64,000 nt of DNA, from contig JAFCCW010000013.1 in the NCBI GenBank assembly GCA_017609985.1, positions 21,652-85,651 of the forward strand, given 5' to 3'. The position numbers and the translations under genes were made by a program. The notes under the pieces were generated by a model, which had not been told where the DNA came from, did no database searches, and saw nothing but the letters and a program-made list of their open reading frames with translations. Source of the DNA: Candidatus Iainarchaeum sp. (lineage in GTDB: Archaea > Iainarchaeota > Iainarchaeia > Iainarchaeales > JAFCCW01). Position 1 is the stretch's first letter, and each line of letters opens with the position of its first letter. Positions 20,188 to 28,320 of this stretch are shown one piece after another.

Positions 20188-20405
20188 GATTTTGCTAAAC
20201 CAGATCCGCTAATGACTTGAACTGGAATTTTCCTTTTTTAAATTGAAAATTAATAATTAATAATCCTTGCAATTACTTTGCTCTTTTTGGAACAATCCTG
20301 TCTTTAGAGTCCGCCGAAAACAGATATCACAAAATCAAAGGGTTTTTTTGGTTTAAATCCATTGATATGGCGAGAAGTTTTTGAAGATTAAAAATCTTTT
20401 CGTTT

Positions 20406-21434
20406 TTAGACAACCATCCACTTGAAGTAGACGAGTGAGAGAACAACCAGGCAGATTGCTGTCTGCATTCCAAGAATAATCTGGGTAACTTGTTTTTCAG
20501 TGAACTTGCCTTGCCTCATTACCCAGTGGGTTAGTGAACCGCCGTTAGGGCTTGCTTTCAAAGTGCCGTCTTCCTGTGGCAAGCCAAAGCACTCTGACTT
20601 AAAGCCATGCCTTGCCTTGAACAATAACTCCACAAAGAAAAGAGAGAACAACAGAATACCAATCTTTTCCATGTCGCCGACAATCACTGCTGCAGCAGCA
20701 GCTGCACCGTAAAGAAGTGTAAGAGAATCGCCTCCGAAAATTTTTGCAGGAAACCAGTTAAATCTTAGAAATCCAAGCAGTCCGCCAAGAACAGCAGCAG
20801 AAATTACTGCACTCTCTGCAATTCCTAAATAAAGCGAGACAATCAAAATGCTTCCGTGAATTAATGCGCCTAAACCTGCTTCCAGTCCATTGAATCCAGC
20901 AAGCATATTAGCAGCATTGCTTGCTCCAGTAACACCAGCTGGAACAAAGAAAAGAGAATAAAACAAGCCAAATGAGACATAGCCGAATACTGGAATCATT
21001 ATTTCTGTTGGCAAAGGGCCAATGAAGGGAATATTCATTGCAGGATTGTTTATTTTCACAGCCATTAATGGAAGCGCAGCAAACACTGGCATTAACGCGT
21101 GCTGCCACTGCTTTATTCCAGACTTCCACCCAAGCAAGTCGTCAACAAAACCGATTACTGCTACAAGAGCTATTGTGCAAAAAGCAGCAAGTATTAAAGT
21201 AATGTTCAAATCAATAATGTGCAGATAAGAAAAAGCAAACAACGCTGCTACAAGACCCAGTGAAAATCCAAAGAAAACAGACAATCCTCCGATTTCCGGA
21301 ATGCGCGGATTTCCCACTTTATTCATGTCTTTTCCAAGCAAGTCTCTTGCCTTAATTCTTTCAATAAGTCTGGGTGTAATAAACAAGACAGTTGCAATGG
21401 AGAGAAAAAAACTGATAAATGCTGCTAAAAGCAT
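20406..21434 (-). CDS. UDP-GlcNAc:dolichyl-phosphate GlcNAc-1-phosphate transferase (MraY/Alg7/AglH family)
   Basis: GKDMNK, PEIGG, GFVDD, NMLAGFNGLE and PAKIFGGD motifs. Confidence 0.88.
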   Translation of the reverse strand: MLLAAFISFFLSIATVLFITPRLIERIKARDLLGKDMNKVGNPRIPEIGGLSVFFGFSLGLVAALFAFSYLHIIDLNITLILAAFCTIALVAVIGFVDDLLGWKSGIKQWQHALMPVFAALPLMAVKINNPAMNIPFIGPLPTEIMIPVFGYVSFGLFYSLFFVPAGVTGASNAANMLAGFNGLEAGLGALIHGSILIVSLYLGIAESAVISAAVLGGLLGFLRFNWFPAKIFGGDSLTLLYGAAAAAAVIVGDMEKIGILLFSLFFVELLFKARHGFKSECFGLPQEDGTLKASPNGGSLTHWVMRQGKFTEKQVTQIILGMQTAICLVVLSLVYFKWMVV

Positions 21435-21442
21435 TAAGCCAC

Positions 21443-23644
21443 CTACTTCACCTTGAAGATTTTAACGCCCTTAAAACTGTAAACCTCTTCAAAATGCTTC
21501 ATCATTTCTGGCTCGTGGAACCAGAGTTTTGCCATTGCTGACTCATTAGTATTCTTGGAGAGGAAGAAAATTTCAGAGTTGTCCTCTGCTCTGTAATACC
21601 ACAGCAAGTCATTGTTCTGAGTAGTGGTTGGCATCTTCTGCCAGTCAGTTGAAATTGAAGACATCTGTCCGACAGGAATAGTGTTTGCTCCGCATCTGTA
21701 AGCTGTGTCGTTTTCTATCAGATTGCAGTAGAAATTTATTCCCCCATAAGGCAGGGTTGGAACACCATAGTGCTGTACTATTCGTGGATCTTGTGAATTT
21801 GTTGTCCAGTAAGCCCAGTAAGCAAGAGAAACCTGTTTTTGAAAATTATCAGAGTCAATAAGGATATAGTCTGGTTTATATTTATCTACGATTGAAAACG
21901 CTTTGTTAATGTCTTTTGTAATAATGAATTCAGCCATTGCACTGGCAGCTTCCTGGTCAAGATTTCTGTTGTCAGTAAAAACTGGACGCTCCGCGAGGAA
22001 TGAAATCCAGTGCCCTTCATCCCACCAGTTCATAATCGTTGAACCCTCTGGAGTACTTTCCTTAAGCCAGGCTGTTGCAGCCTTGTAATCCGGATTTGAC
22101 TCAATCATTGGAACATGACCTTCAACAAAAATAGCTGAAGCAACAATTCCATTAATCATTAACAATCCAATAACTCCAAAAGCTCCTGCCTTGACAATAG
22201 TGTCCCCCTTGGAAGAGAAAAACATAGCCATTGCTGTAAGAAAAACTGCTGACAATAAGATGGAGAGCCATATGCCAACAGGCAAAGCAACAATAAACAA
22301 TATGAGAGCAATTGCTCCGGACAAAATCATCTTGTTGTGCCTTGAAAGATTGTTAAGATAGTAACTCATTTCTGCTACGACAAATCCTGCTGAAGCAGCA
22401 ATCGGAAGACCAAAGGTAAACGTGAACTTTAGCTTGTACCAAGCCATGAAAAAAGTAATCAAAATCCAGAAAAACACTATTCCTGAAAGATGCTCTTTTG
22501 GTTCCCTGAACATTCTGAGCGGAATCAAGAGCAAAGCAATAATCGGCAAAGCAATCAATGCATTGTATTTTCTTCCAAAGGATTCCTTTCCAGTGCTTTC
22601 CTCTCCAACGCTTGATTCAATTAGTCCAGAGCCCCTAAAATCGTTGACTGTGAGCAGGGTTCCAACAAATGCGAGCAGAATCAAAAACATGAGTGCAAGG
22701 GAAACAAATGAAACCCATTTGCTGTTGTCCTTGCTTTCGTCTCCACCCATTACAAACATGATATAGGCAACTAATCCACCGAACAAGACAAGTCCGCCGA
22801 GCAACAGAAGACCAATTCCCTCAGGCATTACTCCAAGCACGTAGCTGATTGACCTGTTAATCCACTTTCCGCCGTCATTCACGGAAGCGATTAATGCAAA
22901 TATTCCAAACGAGATTCCAAACAGTTTTGCAAGATTGAACAATTCCTGCTTGCTTCTCTTGTTGTAAACATTAATCAAAGCAAACACGAGATAGCCGACT
23001 AAAACCATTGGGATTAATAGGAACATTTCCCAGGTCAAAGCCATTATTCCAAAGAATACTCCTGAGGCAACAGCATATCCTGCAGTTCTCTTGTTGAATT
23101 CTAGTTTTTTCAGGGACGCAGTCAAGAAACCAAGGCCTATTACCATCCAGAGAAACCCAAGAGAGTCCTCTTCAAAGAAACCAGACATTGTTCTGTAAAC
23201 AAAGCTTGGAACAATTGCTGCAAAGAAAGCCATTGCAAAGCCAGCTCTCTTTCCATAAATATTTTTTCCGACAAAGTATAGTCCGACAGCAGTCAAGGCT
23301 CCATAAATTGCAGGCAAAAACTTTACATGCTGAATCCAGAGCTCTTTGCTGTAAGCTGCTCCAAGAGTTGTAATCGAGTAAACAAGTGCGTTAAAAATCC
23401 AAAAAAACTGTCCTTGGTCTGGCAGGTCTGATCCTCCAGACTGCCAGTAAGCCATAAAGTCCTTGTCCGGCACTGCCCCGGTCTTAATTACTTCTCCAAC
23501 AATCTTGGTGTGAAAATAAGAATCAAATCCAAAAAGCAAGTCATATTTTGACATGTGAGCTCTGACACCAAACGCCAGAACGAAAATCAGCAAGAGAATC
23601 AAGATTGTTTTCTTGTTTGCCTTAATCTTGTTAACCAAATCCAA
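21443..23644 (-). CDS. aglB: Oligosaccharyltransferase (STT3/AglB)
   Basis: FDSYFH, RTMSGFFEED, SVGEE and WWDEG motifs; multi-TM N-terminal domain. Confidence 0.88.
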   Translation of the reverse strand: MDLVNKIKANKKTILILLLIFVLAFGVRAHMSKYDLLFGFDSYFHTKIVGEVIKTGAVPDKDFMAYWQSGGSDLPDQGQFFWIFNALVYSITTLGAAYSKELWIQHVKFLPAIYGALTAVGLYFVGKNIYGKRAGFAMAFFAAIVPSFVYRTMSGFFEEDSLGFLWMVIGLGFLTASLKKLEFNKRTAGYAVASGVFFGIMALTWEMFLLIPMVLVGYLVFALINVYNKRSKQELFNLAKLFGISFGIFALIASVNDGGKWINRSISYVLGVMPEGIGLLLLGGLVLFGGLVAYIMFVMGGDESKDNSKWVSFVSLALMFLILLAFVGTLLTVNDFRGSGLIESSVGEESTGKESFGRKYNALIALPIIALLLIPLRMFREPKEHLSGIVFFWILITFFMAWYKLKFTFTFGLPIAASAGFVVAEMSYYLNNLSRHNKMILSGAIALILFIVALPVGIWLSILLSAVFLTAMAMFFSSKGDTIVKAGAFGVIGLLMINGIVASAIFVEGHVPMIESNPDYKAATAWLKESTPEGSTIMNWWDEGHWISFLAERPVFTDNRNLDQEAASAMAEFIITKDINKAFSIVDKYKPDYILIDSDNFQKQVSLAYWAYWTTNSQDPRIVQHYGVPTLPYGGINFYCNLIENDTAYRCGANTIPVGQMSSISTDWQKMPTTTQNNDLLWYYRAEDNSEIFFLSKNTNESAMAKLWFHEPEMMKHFEEVYSFKGVKIFKVK

Positions 23645-23701
23645 AAAATCACCAAGCGTACAGAACCTAATAATTGGAACAATAAATTGTTTAAAAGGCT
23701 A

Positions 23702-23749
23702 TCTTGTAAATTAATTCACAAAAACTCTTGTAAATTAATTCACAAAAAC
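23702..23749. repeat. Perfect 2 x 24-bp tandem repeat, each unit containing an imperfect 18-bp palindrome
   Basis: TCTTGTAAATTAATTCACAAAAAC at 23702-23725 and 23726-23749, in a divergent intergenic region. Confidence 0.9.
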
Positions 23750-23785
23750 ATTACTTTTTTATATAAAAAGATTATTTAAGTTATC

Positions 23786-24589
23786 ATGTTTGAGAGCTTT
23801 GGGCGAAGTTGGAATCTTATGAAACAGAGCTTTTCAGTTCTCAAGAAAGATAAAGAACTCATTGCTTTTCCTATTCTCTCCGGAGTCTTTGCAGCAATAG
23901 TTATTGTTTCTTTTTTGATTCCTATTTTTGTTGTTGAATCGCTTTTTGATTCTCCCATTATCTATGTTTTGCTCTTGCTCATGTACATTGTTTTGTACTT
24001 CTTTGTTGTATTTTTCAATGCAGCTCTTGTCGGAGCAGCAATGATTAGGATGGGCGGGCAGGACCCAACACTGGGAGATGGTTTAAACATCGCGTTTTCA
24101 AACATCAAAAATATTTTTCTCTGGGCTGTTGTTGCAGGAACAGTCGGACTTGTCCTGCGTATGCTTGCAAGCCAAAGCAAGAAAAATTTCATCGCAAGCA
24201 TATTGGTTTCAATTATTGGGGCTGCTTGGACTCTCTTAACTTACTTTGTTGTTCCGACAATTGTGGTTGAGGGAGTTGGTCCATTGAAGGCAATCAGGAA
24301 ATCCAAGCAAATCATTTTTGAAAAATGGAGGGAAACAATCCTTGGAGGAATTGGATTTGGATGGATTCAGGCAATCTTCTCAATTATAGCAATCATCTTA
24401 TTTTTTATAGTGTTTTTATTTCTCCCATTTTTAGCAATTCCGGCAGCAATTATTTTACTTCTTGCAGTTGTCTTTATAGGTCTTGTTTTTTCAGCTCTTG
24501 CGGGAGTGTTCTCTGCAGCAGTCTACTATGCATCTGTAACTGGAGAAAATCCTGATGGAATTGATCTTTCGGTTCTAAAGAAAAGCTGA
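23786..24589 (+). CDS. Membrane protein (DUF6159-like)
   Basis: SWNLMKQSFSVLKKDKELIAFP and YFVVPTIVVEGVGP; multi-TM. Confidence 0.75.
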   Translation: MFESFGRSWNLMKQSFSVLKKDKELIAFPILSGVFAAIVIVSFLIPIFVVESLFDSPIIYVLLLLMYIVLYFFVVFFNAALVGAAMIRMGGQDPTLGDGLNIAFSNIKNIFLWAVVAGTVGLVLRMLASQSKKNFIASILVSIIGAAWTLLTYFVVPTIVVEGVGPLKAIRKSKQIIFEKWRETILGGIGFGWIQAIFSIIAIILFFIVFLFLPFLAIPAAIILLLAVVFIGLVFSALAGVFSAAVYYASVTGENPDGIDLSVLKKS

Positions 24590-24640
24590 TTATTAAAACA
24601 AGACTGATAACTTAAAGTAAAGTTTATTCACTTTATTTAC

Positions 24641-25204
24641 GTGGCTTCAGATGTTTTTTATCGGCAGATAACTGCTAACGAAGTAAATGTGTCTCCTGAG
24701 TTGCGAGCAAAACTACTTGATTTAATGATTGAGTCATTCCTTGGCTGGAACTATTCTTCTGCGGGGGAAGAAGAGATTGCAAAGCAAAAAGAAAAGCTTA
24801 GCCAATCTTATCAGGCCATGGCAAAGAAAAGATTGGATGCTTTACTTCACACAAACTCTATTTTTGTGGCAGAGCGAAACAATCAAGTAATTGGCTTTGC
24901 AGGGCTGACAAATATTGGTTCAGAGGACAAACCATTTTTTCAGCTTGCAGAAATTGCCTTTGAGAAAGGTGAAAGATTTCCAAGGAGGGCAGACGGAAAG
25001 ATAATTGTGGCACACAAGTCTCCTATGTCAAGAGTAAACTTTATGCGTTGGCTAAGAAATTATGCTTTTGAACGAGGCGGTTACTTTGCCTTCAATTCAG
25101 GCAGAAGACATGACTTGTTTGGAACAGGATCTAATGCAAGAAAGTCTGTTACAATAGTTCACGATTCTGCTGACTATAGGTACAAAACAACAAAAAGGAA
25201 ATAA
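24641..25204 (+). CDS. Orphan GNAT-fold-like protein, paralog 1
   Basis: IFVAERNNQVIGFAGL strand pattern; aligns by eye with the next ORF. Confidence 0.6.
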   Translation: MASDVFYRQITANEVNVSPELRAKLLDLMIESFLGWNYSSAGEEEIAKQKEKLSQSYQAMAKKRLDALLHTNSIFVAERNNQVIGFAGLTNIGSEDKPFFQLAEIAFEKGERFPRRADGKIIVAHKSPMSRVNFMRWLRNYAFERGGYFAFNSGRRHDLFGTGSNARKSVTIVHDSADYRYKTTKRK

Positions 25205-25265
25205 CAAAGAGAAAATCCTAAAGAAAAATAACAATAATTAATAATTTTAAAGTAGTTTTATTTAC

Positions 25266-25751
25266 GTGAAATCAAAAGTTTCTTTTAGAGAAATAACTTC
25301 TGAGGAAGCACTTGGAATCTATTTTGAAGAAATGGCAAGGCTTTACAAGATTTCTGTGTCTGGTTATGGGGCAAAAGAGCATCTTGGTCCTGAACCCCTG
25401 AAAAAGCTCGCATCTTTAAATCCAGAAGAATTGCGTTCTCGCATGCGAAAAAGTTTTGAAGGAAGAAAACTTTTTGTTCTTGAAGTGGGTGGAAAGATAG
25501 CTGGTTTTGCATCTTTGTCTTTGCATGAGGGAATCACGGGAAAAAGATTTTGGATTAGTCATGTTGCTGCTCTGCCCTTTGTCAGAAAAGGCAAGACTCT
25601 TGCAATGACTAGGTTCGTAGAACATTTGCGAAATTATGCTCATTCTCAGGAAGCAAGTTTTGAATATGGTAGACCCTTAAGACAAGAATTTTCTCACAAG
25701 CCCAAGCCAAAAAAACCAGAAAGAAAAAAAACCAAAATAATCTTGGTTTAA
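25266..25751 (+). CDS. Orphan GNAT-fold-like protein, paralog 2
   Basis: LFVLEVGGKIAGFASL and WISHVAALP; LRNYA is shared with paralog 1. Confidence 0.6.
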   Translation: MKSKVSFREITSEEALGIYFEEMARLYKISVSGYGAKEHLGPEPLKKLASLNPEELRSRMRKSFEGRKLFVLEVGGKIAGFASLSLHEGITGKRFWISHVAALPFVRKGKTLAMTRFVEHLRNYAHSQEASFEYGRPLRQEFSHKPKPKKPERKKTKIILV

Positions 25752-25777
25752 AAAAGATTTTTGAAAGAGAAAAAAAG

Positions 25778-25839
25778 CTATTAGCACGCCGTTACGCCCG
25801 GCGTGTGCGTAACCTATACTCCTTTCAGTTGTATAGCTT
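25778..25839 (-). ncRNA. Unidentified structured RNA-like motif, copy A
   Basis: CTATAC-AACTGAAAGGA-GTATAG hairpin followed by a CACGCCG-N7-CGGCGTG hairpin; matches 42049-42109. Confidence 0.6.
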
Positions 25840-25849
25840 TGAGTAAGAT

Positions 25850-25857
25850 AAAAAAAA
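25850..25857 (-). terminator. Oligo-T terminator of 5S rRNA
   Basis: T8 on the minus strand, 2 nt after the 5S 3' end. Confidence 0.55.
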
Positions 25858-25859
25858 GC

Positions 25860-25976
25860 GATTAGCAGCTTCTGGTAGGCTACACGTAAAACGCACTGCC
25901 AAGCCAATCCCTACAGGGCTTAACTTCCGGGTTCGGAATGGGACCGGGTGTTTCCCCTGCGGTATGACCGCTAATC
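25860..25976 (-). rRNA. rrf: 5S rRNA (stand-alone, divergent 3' domain)
   Basis: Minus strand reads GATTAGCGGTCATACCGCAGGGGAAACACCCGGTCCCATTCCGAACCCGGAAGTTAAGCCC...GCTGCTAATC. Terminal helix and conserved CCGAAC loop C are present. Confidence 0.93.
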
Positions 25977-25999
25977 AGTACTAATTAGCACAGGGAGAG

Positions 26000-26007
26000 T
26001 TTAAAAA
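26000..26007 (-). promoter_or_regulatory. TATA box of the 5S rRNA gene
   Basis: TTTTTAAA on the minus strand, 24-31 nt upstream of the 5S 5' end. Confidence 0.6.
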
Positions 26008-26147
26008 GCTTGCTGTTCAGCTTTAGAAAAACGAAGGAGCTGTCCCAAACAGGTCATTTATAAGTTTCAATAATGCAATTACAACAATTGCAAATATTAC
26101 CCCCTAAAAACATTTTTTTCCATGTTTATCCTATCATTTGTTAAAAA

Positions 26148-26765
26148 TCACTTCTTCTTGCCTGTTTTTGCAGCAACTTTTTTCTTTGCAGTCTTCTTTG
26201 CTTTTGTTTTTTTCTTTTTCTTCTGCTTTGGAGCTGTCTTTTTGATTAGCTCTGCTGCCTTTTTCAGTCCCTTTCTCAATAAGTCTTCTCTCTTTGCACC
26301 TGCGCAAATCATTTTTCCGTTCTTGAACAAGAGCAGGGTAAGCTTTGGGTCTGCTATTCTCAGGATTGCTCCTGGAAACTGTTCTGGCTCATACTCTACG
26401 TTGTCTAAGCTGAGTGCTGTCTGAAATAAGTCAAGTGTCATGTTAAGGTTTGCTGTTGCAACAAGATTCACTACGTTGTAGGAAACTTTTCTCTGCACTT
26501 TAACATCGGGTTGGATGTCGTGAATCAGCTTGCTTGCTTTTCTAATTCCTTGTTCTATTTCTTTTTCACTGCTTGCTCCGGAACAGATTACTTTTCCGTT
26601 CTTGAACAACAGCATTGAAACCTTTGGTTCCTTTAATTTCAGAATTGCTCCTGGAAACTGCTCTGGTTCATATTCGATGGTTGGAATAGTAATAGCCAGA
26701 TTATACAAATCAAGAGTAGCTTTTAAGTCAGCTGACGCAACTAGATTAACAATAGTATACTTCAT
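26148..26765 (-). CDS. tbp: TATA-box binding protein with a Lys-rich C-terminal tail
   Basis: Two repeats of VNLVA..YEPEQFPGAIL..LLFKNGK.IC.GA. Confidence 0.96.
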   Translation of the reverse strand: MKYTIVNLVASADLKATLDLYNLAITIPTIEYEPEQFPGAILKLKEPKVSMLLFKNGKVICSGASSEKEIEQGIRKASKLIHDIQPDVKVQRKVSYNVVNLVATANLNMTLDLFQTALSLDNVEYEPEQFPGAILRIADPKLTLLLFKNGKMICAGAKREDLLRKGLKKAAELIKKTAPKQKKKKKTKAKKTAKKKVAAKTGKKK

Positions 26766-26905
26766 AACATACCCCCTGTTTAAAAAGTGCTTTATAAATG
26801 ATTTCACTTAAAAAGGTTTAAAAAGGGGCTGGTATTATAAGAGTTTTTAGCGATTTAAGCAATAATTCTGTGAGTCACATTAATTAACTTTTCTTTGCAT
26901 TATTT

Positions 26906-27040
26906 GTGCATGTCTTTGTCAAAAAACAGATTGTGGGAGTAGCTGTTTTGCTAGCACTTGCGCTGCTTTATGTGCCTATTCCCTTCATCTCGGGAAAGTC
27001 AATTGCTTCGATTTTATTGCTTGCAATAGCAATATATTAG
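26906..27040 (+). CDS. Putative 44-aa two-helix membrane protein (below the ORF track cutoff)
   Basis: GTG start; MHVFVKKQIVGVAVLLALALLYVPIPFISGKSIASILLLAIAIY. Start codon uncertain. Confidence 0.45.
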   Translation: MHVFVKKQIVGVAVLLALALLYVPIPFISGKSIASILLLAIAIY

Positions 27041-27127
27041 CTGGCAATTGCTTAGCTAAATCCATTTAAAAACCTTTCCTAATCCAATCATATTGTTCTA
27101 AATTAAACTAGCCGTAAGGGTGTAAAA

Positions 27128-27403
27128 ATGACTAACAAGAAAGCAAAAGGAATTACTAGAAAGGGTCCAAAGGCGACTATCAACAAAATTTTACAGGAAT
27201 TTCATGAAGGCGACAAGATTCTCATAAAGATTGATTCTGGAGAACAGGGCGGAATGCCTGATCCAAGATATCATGGCTTTACAGGAATTGTCACAGGTCA
27301 TCAGGGAAAGGTTGTAAAAATTGGGCTTAAAAATGGCGGGCTTGAAAAAGAGCTTTTAGTTAACCCTATTCATTTAAAGCAAGCGCAAAAGGAGGCTGCA
27401 TAA
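27128..27403 (+). CDS. rpl21e: 50S ribosomal protein eL21
   Basis: LQEFHEGDK, GMPDPRYHGFTG and PIHLK motifs; conserved synteny. Confidence 0.93.
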   Translation: MTNKKAKGITRKGPKATINKILQEFHEGDKILIKIDSGEQGGMPDPRYHGFTGIVTGHQGKVVKIGLKNGGLEKELLVNPIHLKQAQKEAA

Positions 27404-27404
27404 A

Positions 27405-27746
27405 ATGATTGGAGAAAAAGTCATTGAAAGTAAGCCGGTTTCGCTTTACGAAGTAAAGCAAACTCTTTCTGAGAGAAAAAAAGACAAAGAGCTCACTTAC
27501 GAGCAAGATATCACACTAAAGTACGCTAAACAGTTTTCAAAGCTTACAAAAGCAAAATATGAAAAACTGTTGAAGGAACTTGATGCAGTAGAGGGTCTTG
27601 ACAAAGAACTAAAAGTTAAGTTGCTTGACATTGTTCCAGTTTCAAGAGAACAAGTAAAAGTACTGGTTCCAAAAAACGTGGAACTCAGCGAAGAGTTAAC
27701 TTCACAGCTTGCAGAAATCTGTGCAAAATATGCTCCAAAAAAATAG
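27405..27746 (+). CDS. rpo4: RNA polymerase subunit Rpo4 (F)
   Basis: ELTYEQ..YAKQFSK and KLLDIVP; lies between rpl21e and DUF655. Confidence 0.9.
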   Translation: MIGEKVIESKPVSLYEVKQTLSERKKDKELTYEQDITLKYAKQFSKLTKAKYEKLLKELDAVEGLDKELKVKLLDIVPVSREQVKVLVPKNVELSEELTSQLAEICAKYAPKK

Positions 27747-27754
27747 GTGATATC

Positions 27755-28309
27755 ATGCCAAATGAAGAAAACGCTTTAGTACTCGATTACTTACAGCATG
27801 GAAAGTCAACAGGCTACAAAGTTGAAATTATTGCACAGGTTATGGGCACTCAACACTTTACTCTCTTAGAGGTTGTTCCAAAAGAGCAATTGAAGATAAT
27901 GGATTCTGTTTATGTTGGAAAGGATGAGCGAGACAAAATTGATTTTATTAAACGAAGAATTACCTATAAGGATTTGTCAAACACAGCTGTAGCAGAGCTT
28001 GATTCAGCAATTGAAAAAGTTGTAAAAGACGACGAAGAAAAGTTTGTAGAATTCTTTAATGAAGCTGGAGCAATCAGCATTAGACAGCATTCTCTTGAAC
28101 TATTGCCTGGGCTTGGAAAAAAGCACATGCAGGAAATTCTAAACGAGAGAGAAAAAACTCCTTTCAAATCCTACAAAGATATTGAAGACAGAGTAAAACT
28201 AATGCCTGACCCAGTCAAGATTCTAGTGAAAAGAGTAAAGGAAGAACTTGAGGAAACAAACAAGTATTTTCTTTTTACCCGACCTCCTGCAAAAAAAAGG
28301 CAGTTTTAG
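27755..28309 (+). CDS. DUF655 putative RNA-binding protein
   Basis: VLDYL, FTLLE and HSLELLPGLGKK (HhH) motifs. Confidence 0.9.
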   Translation: MPNEENALVLDYLQHGKSTGYKVEIIAQVMGTQHFTLLEVVPKEQLKIMDSVYVGKDERDKIDFIKRRITYKDLSNTAVAELDSAIEKVVKDDEEKFVEFFNEAGAISIRQHSLELLPGLGKKHMQEILNEREKTPFKSYKDIEDRVKLMPDPVKILVKRVKEELEETNKYFLFTRPPAKKRQF

Positions 28310-28320
28310 AGCTGTTTTTT

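Noticed and set aside
20300-20385. Minus-strand peptide GFKPKKPFDFVISVFGGL, resembling a methyltransferase fragment
   Set aside because: Too short, with no start codon and stops on both sides; it cannot be supported.
26869-26879. TGTGAGTCACA palindrome upstream of tbp
   Set aside because: A single short instance, expected by chance.
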